Source: an uncultured Solirubrobacterales bacterium
Lineage (GTDB): Bacteria; Actinomycetota; Thermoleophilia; Solirubrobacterales; Solirubrobacteraceae
NCBI GenBank assembly: GCA_963813765.1
Contig: CAWFAB010000001.1
Span: 652,792 to 716,791 of the forward strand
Length of the DNA stretch: 64,000 nt
Direction of reading: 5' to 3'
Below the pieces are notes generated by a model. The model worked only from the letters and a program-made list of their open reading frames with translations. It was not told where the DNA came from and did no database searches. Position numbers and translations under genes: made by a program. Shown in pieces: positions 28,338 through 38,627 of the stretch (the first letter of the stretch is position 1; the number at the start of each line of letters is the position of its first letter).

Positions 28338-29640
28338 GTGAGCGGACTCGCGGTGCTCCGCGAGCAGGTGTCGGCGGGAGACACGGCGTGGATGCTCGTC
28401 GCCACGGCGCTCGTCATGATGATGACGCCGGCGCTGGGGCTCTTCTACGCGGGCCTGGTGCGCTCGAAGAACACGCTCAACACGTTCATGATGAGCATCG
28501 GGGCGCTCGGCGTGGTGACGATCACGTGGGCGCTCGTCGGGTACTCCCTGGCCTTCGACAGGGGCAACTGGTTCGTCGGCGGCTTCAGGTACGCCCTCCT
28601 GCGCGGCGTCACCTTTCGAGCCGCGCCCCGGCACCGCGATCCCGCAGCTGCTGTTCATGGTCTTCGAGGCCGCCTTCTGCATCATCACGGCCGCGCTCGT
28701 CTCGGGCGCGGTCGTGGAGCGGATGCGGTTCGGGACGTTCCTCGTCTTCATGGCGCTGTGGTCGGTGCTGGTGTACCCCGTGCTCGCGCACTGGGTCTGG
28801 GGCGGCGGCTGGCTGCAGCAAAACGGAACCCTCGACTTCGCCGGCGGCGTGCCGGTCGAGATGGCATCCGGCTTCTCGGCATTCGCAGCCGCGATCGCCG
28901 TCGGCGCGCGCAAGGACTACGGCCGCCAGGCGCTCCTGCCGCACAACGCGGTCTACGTGCTGCTCGGCGCCGGCCTGCTCTGGTTCGGCTGGTTCGGCTT
29001 CAACGGAGGCAGCGGCTACTCGACGGGCCACACCGGTGTGCTCGCCTTCGCCAACACGCTGCTGGCCCCGGCGTGCACGCTGGTCGTGTGGTTCGTGCTC
29101 GACCTCCTGCGCGGCCGGCGCGTGACGGCGATCGGCGCCGCGACCGCGATCATCGTCGGCTGCGTCGGCATCACTCCGGCGGCCGGGTACGTGAGTCCGA
29201 TGTCGGCGATGCTGCTCGGCGCTCTCGCGGCGCTGCCCAGCTATGCGTTCATCGTCTGGCGCCCCCGCACGCGGCTGGATGAGACGCTCGACGTCCTCGC
29301 CGCCCACGGGTTCGCCGGCTTCACCGGCATTCTCTTCATCGGCCTCTTCGCGCAGCGCTCGTGGAACGGCGTCGCGAACGGCCTGCTCTTCGGCCACGCC
29401 GCCCAGCTCGGCTGGCAGGCGCTCGCGGCGCTCGCGGCCCCCGTGTACGCCTTCGTCGGGACGTTCGTGATCCTGCGGCTGCTCGGACTCGTCATGCCGC
29501 TGCGCGCGAGCGAACGGGAGGAGGCGCTTGGAATGGACGTCGTCCAGCACGGCGAGCAGGCCTACACGGTGGGAGAGGGCGCGATCCTCGTCACGCCGGA
29601 GGTCGGGGTCGACGCGCCGCTCGCGATCGCGCGGCCGTGA
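28338..29640 (+). CDS. amtB: Ammonium transporter (frameshift near 28615)
   Basis: GDTAWML..ALVMMMTPALGLFYAG, ERMRF, HWVWGGG, DFAGG, WFGWFGFNGGS, ITPAAG. Confidence 0.93.
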
Positions 29641-29703
29641 GCCGGTCCGGGTCTCGCGGCAAGCCGGCGGCGCAACGCGTGCGCCTGCTCCCGGCGGATA
29701 TGC

Positions 29704-30168
29704 TTGCGCGCGATGAGCGGGCGCCAGGCTGAACGCTTCGTGGCGATGACCATGTGGTCGCTGGTGGGCTGCTTCGTCGTCGTGGGACTGCTGTTCCTGA
29801 TCACGCCCGACGGCGTCCTGCACAGACTGCAGCAGCTCGGCGACGAGCTCGGCTCGTTCTCGCGCCCGCCGCTTTCAGAAGAGAAGCTGTGGCTCGGGCT
29901 GGCGGTGGCGTACATGACCGTGATCACGGGCATCGCGCTCCTCGTCGCGGGCGACGTCGCGCGCTACCGGCCGCTGCTGCTGGTGCTCGCCGCCGGCAAG
30001 GCCGTCTCCTCGCTGACATGCCTGGTCTACTTCATCGACAACGATGTCTTCGCCTACCTGGCGAACTTCATCGTCGACGGCCTGCTCGTCGGCGTCGCGC
30101 TGCTGTGCTGGCTGCTCGCGGCTCGGGTCAAGGCCGCCCAGCCGGTCGCGTCGGCGGCTCCCGGCTGA
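29704..30168 (+). CDS. Hypothetical membrane protein (4 TM)
   Basis: Hydrophobic helices, typical codon use. Confidence 0.6.
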   Translation: MRAMSGRQAERFVAMTMWSLVGCFVVVGLLFLITPDGVLHRLQQLGDELGSFSRPPLSEEKLWLGLAVAYMTVITGIALLVAGDVARYRPLLLVLAAGKAVSSLTCLVYFIDNDVFAYLANFIVDGLLVGVALLCWLLAARVKAAQPVASAAPG

Positions 30169-30183
30169 AAGGGCGCCCCGGGC

Positions 30184-30573
30184 CTGACGGCGCCGGAACG
30201 CGCGACGCTGCGCGCCTTCGCCCGCGCGCTGCTGCCGCCGACCGGCGCGCTGCCCGGCGCCGAGGTCGAGGGCGGGGTGGCGGTGCTCGAGTCGGTCGAG
30301 ACGCTGCTCGCCGCGGCGCCCTCGCGGACGCGTGCGCTCGTGCGCCAGGCGCTGCGCGCGATCGAGTGGTCCGTGCCGCCGGGGCGCCTCTCGCGGCGCT
30401 CCCCGCGGCGCGCGACCGCCGCGCTGAAGACGCTTGAATCGAGCCGGATCGCGGTTCGGCGCGAACTGTTGTATGCGCTGAAGACGTTTGTGTGCCTTGC
30501 GTATGCGAGCGACGAGCGGGTGGTTGCGGCGGTCGGGGTGAAGTTCGACGTGCGCGGTGGCCGCGAGCCGTGA
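30184..30573 (+). CDS. Small protein resembling gluconate-2-dehydrogenase subunit 3 (GMC partner); start uncertain
   Basis: LTAPERATLRAFARALLP...LKTFVCLAY...VG pattern directly before a GMC oxidoreductase. Confidence 0.5.
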   Translation: MTAPERATLRAFARALLPPTGALPGAEVEGGVAVLESVETLLAAAPSRTRALVRQALRAIEWSVPPGRLSRRSPRRATAALKTLESSRIAVRRELLYALKTFVCLAYASDERVVAAVGVKFDVRGGREP

Positions 30574-32132
30574 GCCGCCCGGCGCGGAGCTGCCCGGCAC
30601 AGAGCCGGCCAACGCAGAGCCGGCCAAAGCGGAGCCGCCCGACGCGGAGCCGCCTGCGAAGCCACTGCGGCGCGAGGCGCTGATCGCGCCCGCCGCGATG
30701 GAGCGCTGCGACGTGGTGATCGTCGGCTCGGGCGCCGGCGGGGCCGCGGCCGCTCGGGTGATGGCCGAACGGGGGCTCGACGTGATCGTCGTCGAGCAGG
30801 GTCGGTATTACGACGCGAGCGACTACTCGAAGGACCCGATCGCGGCGCTCGGGATGCTGTATAGGGAGGCGGGGCTGACGCTTTGCGAGGGACGCCCGGC
30901 GATCCCGCTGCCGGTGGGGCGCTGCGTGGGCGGCACGACGGTGATCAACTCGGGCACCTGCTTGCGCGCGCCGCGCGAGGTGCTCGAGCGGTGGGCGCGG
31001 GAGTTCGGGATCGAGTGGGCGGTCCAGCTCGACGAGGAGTTCGCGGCGCTCGAGCGCGCGCTCGCCGTGGCGCCGGTGGATCCGGCGACGGCGGGGCGCA
31101 ACGCGGCGCTGTGTCGCGCGGGCGCGGATGCGCTGGGCCTCGCCAATGGGCCGCTGCCGCGCAACGCGGGGGCGGTGGCGTGCTGCTCCTCGTGCCCGAC
31201 GGGCTGCGCGCTGGACGCCAAGCGCGCGGTCCACGTCTCGGAGCTGCCGCGCGCGGTCGCCGCGGGGGCGCGGGTGCGCGCGGGGCAGCCGATCAGGCGG
31301 GTGCTGCTGGAGGGCGGGCGCGCGGTGGGGGTCGGGGGGTACGGCTACGAGGTGCGGGCGCGGGCGGTGGTGCTGGCGGGCGGGGCGTTGGGGACGCCCG
31401 AGCTGCTGCTGGGGCAGGGGCTGGCGAACGGCTCCGGCGCGCTCGGAGCCCATCTGCGCATCCACCCGGCGTGCTGGGTGGGCGCGCGCTTCGAGCAGCC
31501 GGTGCGCGGCTGGGAGGGGGTCATGCAGAGCTGGTCGGTGGACGCGTTCGCGGACCGCGGCCTGTTCCTGGAGGCGACGGCGACGCCGCTGCCGTTCGGC
31601 GCCCAGGGGCTGCCGGGGGTGGGGGTGCAGCTGCAGCGCGCGATCGCCGCGTACGGCGAGCTCGCGGTGATCGGCGTGCACCTGTCGGAGCGCTCGGAGG
31701 GCCGGCTCGAAGTGCGCGGGCGGCGGCAGCGGTTGCGGATCGCGTATCGCCTGTGCGGCGAGGACGTGCGCGCGCTGCGCTTCGGCATCGCGCGCGCCGC
31801 GGAGATCCATCGCGCCGCGGGCGCGCTGGAGGTCTATCCCCATCTCGGCCGGATGGAGCGGCTGGCGCCGGAGGAGATCGACCGCATCGAGCGCGGGCGC
31901 CCGCGCGGGGGCGACCTGCGACTGGAGGCGTTCCATCCGATGGGAACCGCGCGGATGGGCGCCGATCGGCGCAGCTGCGTCGGTCGCCCCGAGCGGGGAG
32001 ACACACGAGGTGCCGGGCCTCTACGTCGCCGACGCGAGCCTCTTCCCGACCTCGCTGAGGGTCAACCCGATGCTGACGATCATGGCCTGCGCGCGGCGGA
32101 TCGCGGCGACCGTGGCGGACCGGCTCGGATGA
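30557..32132 (+). CDS. GMC family oxidoreductase (frameshift near 31985)
   Basis: VVIVGSGAGG, GRCVGGTTVINSG, CCSSCPTGC, HPMGTARMG, ADASLFPTSL.VNP. Confidence 0.9.
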
Positions 32133-32144
32133 GCGCCGCAACCG

Positions 32145-34937
32145 CTACGCCGGCAGCTCGCGCCCCAGCCAGCCGCGGTAGAAGCCCTCGACGTCGGGGA
32201 GGAACTCGTGGACCACGGGATAGCCGGGCTGGAGCGACTCCACCTCGAGCTGGCGCGCGCAGGTGGGGCAGTAGTACTCGCGGATCTGCTGGAGCTTTGG
32301 ATCGGGCCCGGCCATCTTCGGGTAGATCTCGAGCAGCGCCTCCTCGGTCTCGCGCACGTGGACGAGGGCGTCCATCTTCCAGTTGCGGTTGTGCGCGCAG
32401 AAGTCGTGCCCGCAGTTGCAGCGGTGGACGAGCTGCCCGTCGGATCGGCGCCGGACGATGTTCAGCCCCTCGCCTGCCGGCAGCACGATCGGATCCTCGT
32501 AGGGGACGCGCGCCTGGAGCACCGCGAGCCACTTCTCGAAGCGGTCGGAGTCCTTGTAGGCGGACTGGATCTCCTTGACCTCGCGCCGGGAGAGCTTTTC
32601 GTCCAGCAGCGCCCCGAGCGTCTCGACATCCAGCCTGCCTCCGCCGGCGAGGGGCGCGCCCTCTTCGCCGGGCCGCGGATCGGATGCGGCGAGGAAGGCG
32701 TCGGCGGCGGCGTCGGGGTGCAGCTTGCCCGGCTGCGAGCGCTCCGCCGCGACGGTCGGGGTGACGACGTCGTACTCGAAGTCCTCCGGCAGGTCCCAGA
32801 ACCCGCGGTACTCCGCCGCCCAGCGCGGGGAGAGGCGCATCGATTCCGCGTACATCGTCTTGACCGGCTCGACGAAGTCCTGGGCGAGGATCCGCTCGCG
32901 CTCGGCGGCCACCCACTCGCGCACGGGGATCGCCCGTTCCAGCCGGCGGCGGCGGAAGGCGTCGCGGTCGGACACCCCGTAGATCGACTCGGCGAAGCGG
33001 GGGAGCAGGTGGCCCTCCTCGACATCCCGGCGGACCGCCTCGACGGGCCGCAGCAGCGGGTCGCCGAGACCCGCGCCGCCCTTCATCACGCTGAGATAGA
33101 GATCGCCGTTGGCGAACGGTTCGAGCAGCGTGGCCCCGTCGCGCTTGTAGTCGCGGGAGCTGCCCTGGATCTCCATCAGCGCGGGGCTCTCGAAGTCGCC
33201 GTCGGCGACCGGGTAGGCCTCGCCGCGGCGGGCGCGCTCGATCAGGTCGGCGCCGTGGATGTTGTGGATGTAGGCGGTGGCCCCGGGGTAGCCGCCGAAC
33301 AGTCCGGGGGCGGAGAGCACCCGCCCGGTCCCGATGTTCTGGAGCTCCCAGAACGGCGTCTTGTTGACCATGAACAGCGACTCGAAGCTGGAGCCGCCGC
33401 GGTGGCGGCCGGGTCCGCCGGAGGAGGCCTTGACGCGGCGGGAGAGGTAGACGAACGGGGAGATCAGCTCCCACATTTCGACGTCCCCCATGTCGCCCTC
33501 GGGGTTGAACATGGCGGCGCAGTAGTCGGTCCCGTCGAGGACGTACTTCGCGCCCATCCCCTGCGCGGAGATCTCGAAGTTCATGATCGCCGAGGAGTTG
33601 CCGTACTGGTCGATGCCGCCGCCCTGCTGGACGTTGCCGGACACCGAGTAGGCGGCCAGCACCTCCTCGATGAACCCGCGCGCCTGCAGCGCGCGGGAGA
33701 TCGTGCGCGGGAAGCCGGTGAAGGAGGGCTGCAGGAAGGCCCAGGCGATCGCGGTCGAGCCCTCGGCGTCGCCGATGTTGGCGATCGTGCCCTCGGGGAA
33801 GTTGGTCTCGATCGCGAAGTAGGCGCCGTCGTTGACCTTGTCGTTGCAGATCAGCGTCTGGGTGAACATCACCCAGATCGCCCCCTGCATCCCCGAGGGC
33901 GTGCAGTTCATCGAGTGCCAGCCCCACGCCGAGCAGCCGTCGTAGTCGAGCTCGTAGGTGCCGTCGCCGCCGATCCGCACCTCGAAGGGGGAGTGCATGA
34001 CGATGTCCCGGCGTGCCCGCGCGGGGAGCCGCACCTTGTCCGCCATCTCCACGTCGAATCCCGCCGGGGAGCGGTAGCGGCCGGGAACGGTCATCTCGCG
34101 GATGCGCGCCTTGAACGAGCGCCGCCCCTCCTCGATGACCTCGCGGCTGAAGCGCTTGAACCGCTCGACCCCCTCCTCGAGCAGGATGCGCTCCACCGCC
34201 GCGCGGATCATGTGGCAGCCGGCCAGACGGGTGCGCTCGTCGAGCATGTAGTACATCGAGGCGCGGGTGCGCTTGCGGCAGCGCTCGAGGTGCCAGCGCG
34301 CGAGCTCGTCGCCCTCGCCGACCTTCATGCAGGGCAGGTCGATGCCGTCCTCGTAGCGCATCGTCGGCCCGACGGGGACGCCGCCGGGCGTGCTCGCGCC
34401 GATGTCGAGGACGTGGGTGACACCGCCGGCCCAGGCGAGCAGCTCGCCCTCCCAGAAGATCGGCACGAACGTCTGCACGTCGGCGTTGTGGACGTCGCCG
34501 ATCGTGGGGTCGTTGTTGGCGAAGATGTCGCCCGGCCTGATGCGGGGGTTGTCCTCGTAGCCGTTGCGGACCATCCACTTGATCGCGTCGGACATCGTGT
34601 GGACGTGGACGATGATCCCCGTGGAGAGCGCGAGCGAGTCCCCCTCGGGGGTGTAGAGGGCGAAGCAGAGCTCGCCCAGCTCGCGCACGATCGGCGAGGC
34701 CGAGATGTTGAGCGCGGTCTCGCGCGCGGAGACGAGCCCGCCGCGGATGCGCGAGAAGAGCTTCTCGTAGCCGATCGGGTCGCCGGCCATCAGCTCAAGC
34801 TCGCGCAGACCGCCGTAGTGGCCGGTCTCGGCGAACAGGCGCTCGGACTCGGCGAGCATCTCATCCAGGCGCCTGCCGTCCCAGCCGATCGCCGCGCCCT
34901 GCGGCTCGTGCTCGCGTGTTGCGTCGATGGTCGCCAT
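32145..34937 (-). CDS. acxB: Acetone carboxylase alpha subunit fused to gamma subunit (hydantoinase B family)
   Basis: YEKLFSRIRGGLVSARETA..I.ASPIV.E.GELCF, STGII.HV, GGVTHV.D (alpha); C-terminal KD..RF, CNCGHDFC...NWK, IREYYCPTC, YPVVHEF.PD.EGFY..WL (gamma); one uninterrupted frame. Confidence 0.88.
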   Translation of the reverse strand: MATIDATREHEPQGAAIGWDGRRLDEMLAESERLFAETGHYGGLRELELMAGDPIGYEKLFSRIRGGLVSARETALNISASPIVRELGELCFALYTPEGDSLALSTGIIVHVHTMSDAIKWMVRNGYEDNPRIRPGDIFANNDPTIGDVHNADVQTFVPIFWEGELLAWAGGVTHVLDIGASTPGGVPVGPTMRYEDGIDLPCMKVGEGDELARWHLERCRKRTRASMYYMLDERTRLAGCHMIRAAVERILLEEGVERFKRFSREVIEEGRRSFKARIREMTVPGRYRSPAGFDVEMADKVRLPARARRDIVMHSPFEVRIGGDGTYELDYDGCSAWGWHSMNCTPSGMQGAIWVMFTQTLICNDKVNDGAYFAIETNFPEGTIANIGDAEGSTAIAWAFLQPSFTGFPRTISRALQARGFIEEVLAAYSVSGNVQQGGGIDQYGNSSAIMNFEISAQGMGAKYVLDGTDYCAAMFNPEGDMGDVEMWELISPFVYLSRRVKASSGGPGRHRGGSSFESLFMVNKTPFWELQNIGTGRVLSAPGLFGGYPGATAYIHNIHGADLIERARRGEAYPVADGDFESPALMEIQGSSRDYKRDGATLLEPFANGDLYLSVMKGGAGLGDPLLRPVEAVRRDVEEGHLLPRFAESIYGVSDRDAFRRRRLERAIPVREWVAAERERILAQDFVEPVKTMYAESMRLSPRWAAEYRGFWDLPEDFEYDVVTPTVAAERSQPGKLHPDAAADAFLAASDPRPGEEGAPLAGGGRLDVETLGALLDEKLSRREVKEIQSAYKDSDRFEKWLAVLQARVPYEDPIVLPAGEGLNIVRRRSDGQLVHRCNCGHDFCAHNRNWKMDALVHVRETEEALLEIYPKMAGPDPKLQQIREYYCPTCARQLEVESLQPGYPVVHEFLPDVEGFYRGWLGRELPA

Positions 34938-34939
34938 CG

Positions 34940-37105
34940 TCAGATCTCCTCCGTGCTCGTGAGGTGGAAGATGTGGTGAGCGTCGAGCCTCGCCCGCCGC
35001 CCCGGCGGGATCGCGAAGGTGGTCGCGGAGTGCTCGACGATCGCCGGGCCCTCGATCGAGTTGCCGGCGGCGACCGACTCGAGCTGGAAGATCTCGGTCT
35101 CGACGAACTCCTCCCCGCTCGCACGGCCCCAGTGGACCTGCCTGGTCGCCTTCAGCGGCGGGCAGCCCGGCTCTTCCGGCAGGTTCGGCAGCGCGGGCTT
35201 CTCCACGTCCACCGTCCCGTGGACGATCGCGTGGGTGACGAGGTAGCCGAACTCCGGGGAGCGGGCCGAGGAGGCGTACATCTTCGCGTAGGCCTCCTCG
35301 AACGTGTTGATGAGGTCGTCCACGTGCGAGGCCTCCGCAAGCGCGGCGTGCGGGGAGACGAACTCGATGTCGTTGAGCTGACCGTAGTACTGCATGCGCA
35401 CGGCGTGGGTGAAGCGGATGCTCTCGCGGCCGATCCCGGACTTGGCGAACTCTCCCGCGACACGCTCCTGGAGGCCGAGCCAGGCGCCGGTGATCATCGC
35501 GCCGATCCCCGCCCTTTCCGGCTCGCCGAACGCCGGGAGCAGCGGCATGTCCACCGTCTGGTCGCAGCGGTAGTCGAAGTCGGCGCAGGCGCAGCCGAAG
35601 GCCGAGAAGCCGGCGGCCCACGCGGGCACGAGCACCTCCGAGTAGGTGACGCCCTCGGTGTAGCCGGCGACGTGGAGCGGGCCGCCGCCGCCGTAACACA
35701 AAAGCGTGTAGTTGACGGGCGAGTAGCCCTTGCCGAGTATCCGCCCGACCGCCTCGTTCTTCAGCGTCTGCTCGAACAGCTCGATCACCCCGGCCGCGGC
35801 GGCGTCGACCGTCAGCCCGAGCGGACGGGCGATCTGGCGCTCGATCGCAGCGCGCGCGAGCTCGACGTCCAGCTCGACCTCGCCGCCGAGGAAGTACTCC
35901 GGGTTGAGACGGCCCAGCACGAGGTCGAGGTCGGTGACCGACACCGTCTCCAACCCCCCCTCCGGCCAGCACACGCCGATCCGCGACCCCGCCGAGTCGG
36001 GCCCGAGCTCGGGCCGGTTGGAGTTGGGGTTCACGCGCACGAACGACCCCGTGCCGGCGCCGATCGAATCGATCCGCACGAGCGGCATGTTCAGGACGAA
36101 TTTCGCGACATCGGGCGTCTGGGTGATCTCGAAGCGTCCGTCGGTGATCAGCGCGATGTCGAAGGAGGTGCCGCCGATGTCGGTGCACAGCACGTTGTCC
36201 AGCCCCATCCGCTGCGCGAGCGCCTGCCCGCCGACGACGCCGCCGATCGGGCCGGAGACGAGCGTCCGCCCCAGCTCCTTCGCCTCGATCGAGATCGTGC
36301 CGCCGTGCGCGGCCATGACCCGCAGATCGAACGGGGCGCCGTGCGCCCGAGTCACCTCGCGCACCGCCTTCAGGCCGGCGCGCGAGGGCTCCGCGGCGTA
36401 GGCCTCGATCACGGTCGAGTTCAGCCGCGGCAGGTCGCGCCGCATCGGGTAGAGCTCGCAGGAGAGGAAGACCGGGACCTCCCCGTCGATGCCGCGGGCG
36501 GCCTTCTGCTCCTCGACGATCTCCCGCACGCGGAGCTCGTGGGCGGGGTTGCGGAAGGAGAACAGCAGCGAGACGACGATGCCCTCCACGTCGGCGTCGA
36601 GCAGCTCGACCGCCGCCTCGATCGCGTCCTGCTCGCGCAGCGGCAGGACCTCGTCCCCGAACACGTCGATGCGGCCGCGCACGCCCATCATCCGCTCGCG
36701 CGGGACGAGCGGCTCGTTGTGGTAGTGGGTGGCGACGTGGAGGCGGTCGGCGTAGGAGAGGCCAAGGTGCGTCTGAATGCCGCGCTCCAGGCGCAGGTAG
36801 TCCTCGTGGCCGGCGGGTACGATGCAGCCGATCTTCAGCCCCTGGCGCTGGAGCAGCCGGTTGAGCATCGCCGTTCCCGAGTAGATGCCCGAGACGATCG
36901 CCGGGAAGCCGGCCTCGGGCGTCGAGTCCCACTGGCCGAGCGCGTCGCGCGCCGAGGCCATGAAGCCGACCGACTCGTCCTCGGGAGTCGTCTGCGCCTT
37001 GCCCACGACGAACGAGCCGCGCCCGTCCACGATGAACGTGTCGGTCATCGTGCCGCCCGCGTCGATCGCAAGGACGCGTGGGACTCGTGCACCGTTCTCA
37101 GACAT
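34940..37105 (-). CDS. acxA: Acetone carboxylase beta subunit (hydantoinase A family)
   Basis: IDAGGTMTDTF, GKAQTTPEDES, YSGTAMLNR, EAYAAEPSR, SGPIGG, DIGGTSFD, YGGGGPLH. Confidence 0.9.
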   Translation of the reverse strand: MSENGARVPRVLAIDAGGTMTDTFIVDGRGSFVVGKAQTTPEDESVGFMASARDALGQWDSTPEAGFPAIVSGIYSGTAMLNRLLQRQGLKIGCIVPAGHEDYLRLERGIQTHLGLSYADRLHVATHYHNEPLVPRERMMGVRGRIDVFGDEVLPLREQDAIEAAVELLDADVEGIVVSLLFSFRNPAHELRVREIVEEQKAARGIDGEVPVFLSCELYPMRRDLPRLNSTVIEAYAAEPSRAGLKAVREVTRAHGAPFDLRVMAAHGGTISIEAKELGRTLVSGPIGGVVGGQALAQRMGLDNVLCTDIGGTSFDIALITDGRFEITQTPDVAKFVLNMPLVRIDSIGAGTGSFVRVNPNSNRPELGPDSAGSRIGVCWPEGGLETVSVTDLDLVLGRLNPEYFLGGEVELDVELARAAIERQIARPLGLTVDAAAAGVIELFEQTLKNEAVGRILGKGYSPVNYTLLCYGGGGPLHVAGYTEGVTYSEVLVPAWAAGFSAFGCACADFDYRCDQTVDMPLLPAFGEPERAGIGAMITGAWLGLQERVAGEFAKSGIGRESIRFTHAVRMQYYGQLNDIEFVSPHAALAEASHVDDLINTFEEAYAKMYASSARSPEFGYLVTHAIVHGTVDVEKPALPNLPEEPGCPPLKATRQVHWGRASGEEFVETEIFQLESVAAGNSIEGPAIVEHSATTFAIPPGRRARLDAHHIFHLTSTEEI

Positions 37106-38615
37106 CCGACCTCCTCAGCTCGTGCCGTTGGAGTGAAGCTATCACCGGGTGCGCTCCAAACGCATCAGCTCGTCGTGCGCGACCCAGCGGCGGCAGGCAG
37201 TTGATCGTCTCGCGGTGGCACAGCCCGCGGTAGACCTCGAGGCGGTTGAGCTGGTTGGTGCCCTCATAGATCTGGCACAGCTTGGCATCGCGCCACAGCT
37301 TCTCCAGCTCCACCCGCACCGGACCGGCGCGCAGCCCGACGAGCTCCAGCGCCGCGCCGGTGACCCGCATCGCCACATCGCCGCCACGAGCCTTCGCCAT
37401 CGAGGAGAGAGCCAGCGAGCGCGTCACCGCACGCTCGCTGGTGCTGCGGTGAAGCAGTGCGATCGTCGCATCGCGAGCACGCTCTGAGGCCAGCCGGCCA
37501 CGGACGGGCGCCCGCCGCCGGACGCCCGCCGGCACATGTCCAAGAGCGCGAACGGCAGGATGGGACATGACACCCCCGAGCGCCCTGTGGTCGAGCTCGG
37601 TGGCGGCATCCATATAGAGCTGGCGCGCGAGATGGATCTCCTCCTCCATGCCCGCCAGCGCGAGCTGCACATGCTGACGCTCGAGCAGACCCCTGGCGGC
37701 CGGATCCTCCTCCAGCCAGCCCAGCACACGCTCATAGGCTCCCCGTGCGATCCCGGTCGCGATCGCCCCGACCGGCGGACGCGAGCACGCAAGCACGATC
37801 GCCGTCTCAGGCGCACCGTCTCCCTCCCTGCCCACGACCCGCTCGTCGGGGACGAACACCTCGTCGAAGCTCAATTCGGCGGCGGGACAGGCGCGCTGGC
37901 CCATCTTGTGCTCGACACGTGCGACCGCGAACCCCTCGCTGCGAGCATCCACCAGAAAACAGGTCCAACTCTCCGCCGCGCGTCTGGGATCGGTCGGCAT
38001 CAAGAGCGTGATCCAGCGCGCGACGCTGCCATTGGAGATGAACCGCTTCGTGCCGCTCAGACGAAAACCGCCCGGCACACGACGAGCATGACTCGTGATC
38101 CGCGCCAGCCGCAGCAGATCCGGATCCTCCACGTCCGTGCCGGCTTCGGGCTCGGTGATCGCGCACGCCATCAGCACCGGCTCGCCGGTGCTTTCGGACC
38201 TGATGAGCTCCGCCAGCACGCCATCCCACTGCGAGGGGCCACCCAGCAGCAGCGGCGAGACCCCGAGTGCGTGAGCGCCGAAGATCAACGCGATCCCCGG
38301 ACACGCGGCGCACAGCTCCTCCATCACGACCGCAGCCTGCGTGGCCAGGCCGCCAGCGCCGCCCGCCGGCTTGGGGATCAAAAAGCCCAACATCCCCTGC
38401 TCGCCGCCCGCGCGCACCAGATCCCAATCGAACCAGCTCGGATCCTCGCCGGTGCGACGGTCGATCTCCAGCGCCCGCGGGCGCACGTGCTCATCGGCGA
38501 AGCGCCGGGCGCGTGTGCGCAGCCGCTCGAGCTCGCGCACATCCACGCCGCCGCCGCCGGAAACGAGGCGGGGAAACTGCTCGCACAGAGAACGCTCCGG
38601 TGCGATGGTTGTCAT
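37098..38615 (-). CDS. Acyl-CoA dehydrogenase family protein
   Basis: AITEPEAGTD, GTKRFISNG, KMGQRA, RDAKLCQIYEGTNQ. Confidence 0.9.
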   Translation of the reverse strand: MTTIAPERSLCEQFPRLVSGGGGVDVRELERLRTRARRFADEHVRPRALEIDRRTGEDPSWFDWDLVRAGGEQGMLGFLIPKPAGGAGGLATQAAVVMEELCAACPGIALIFGAHALGVSPLLLGGPSQWDGVLAELIRSESTGEPVLMACAITEPEAGTDVEDPDLLRLARITSHARRVPGGFRLSGTKRFISNGSVARWITLLMPTDPRRAAESWTCFLVDARSEGFAVARVEHKMGQRACPAAELSFDEVFVPDERVVGREGDGAPETAIVLACSRPPVGAIATGIARGAYERVLGWLEEDPAARGLLERQHVQLALAGMEEEIHLARQLYMDAATELDHRALGGVMSHPAVRALGHVPAGVRRRAPVRGRLASERARDATIALLHRSTSERAVTRSLALSSMAKARGGDVAMRVTGAALELVGLRAGPVRVELEKLWRDAKLCQIYEGTNQLNRLEVYRGLCHRETINCLPPLGRARRADAFGAHPVIASLQRHELRRSDV

Positions 38616-38627
38616 CGTCCGACCCGC

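Noticed and set aside
32145..36932. 1595-aa ORF as a beta-alpha-gamma triple fusion
   Set aside because: First ~665 aa are an out-of-frame shadow of acxA; true start at 34937 has an RBS
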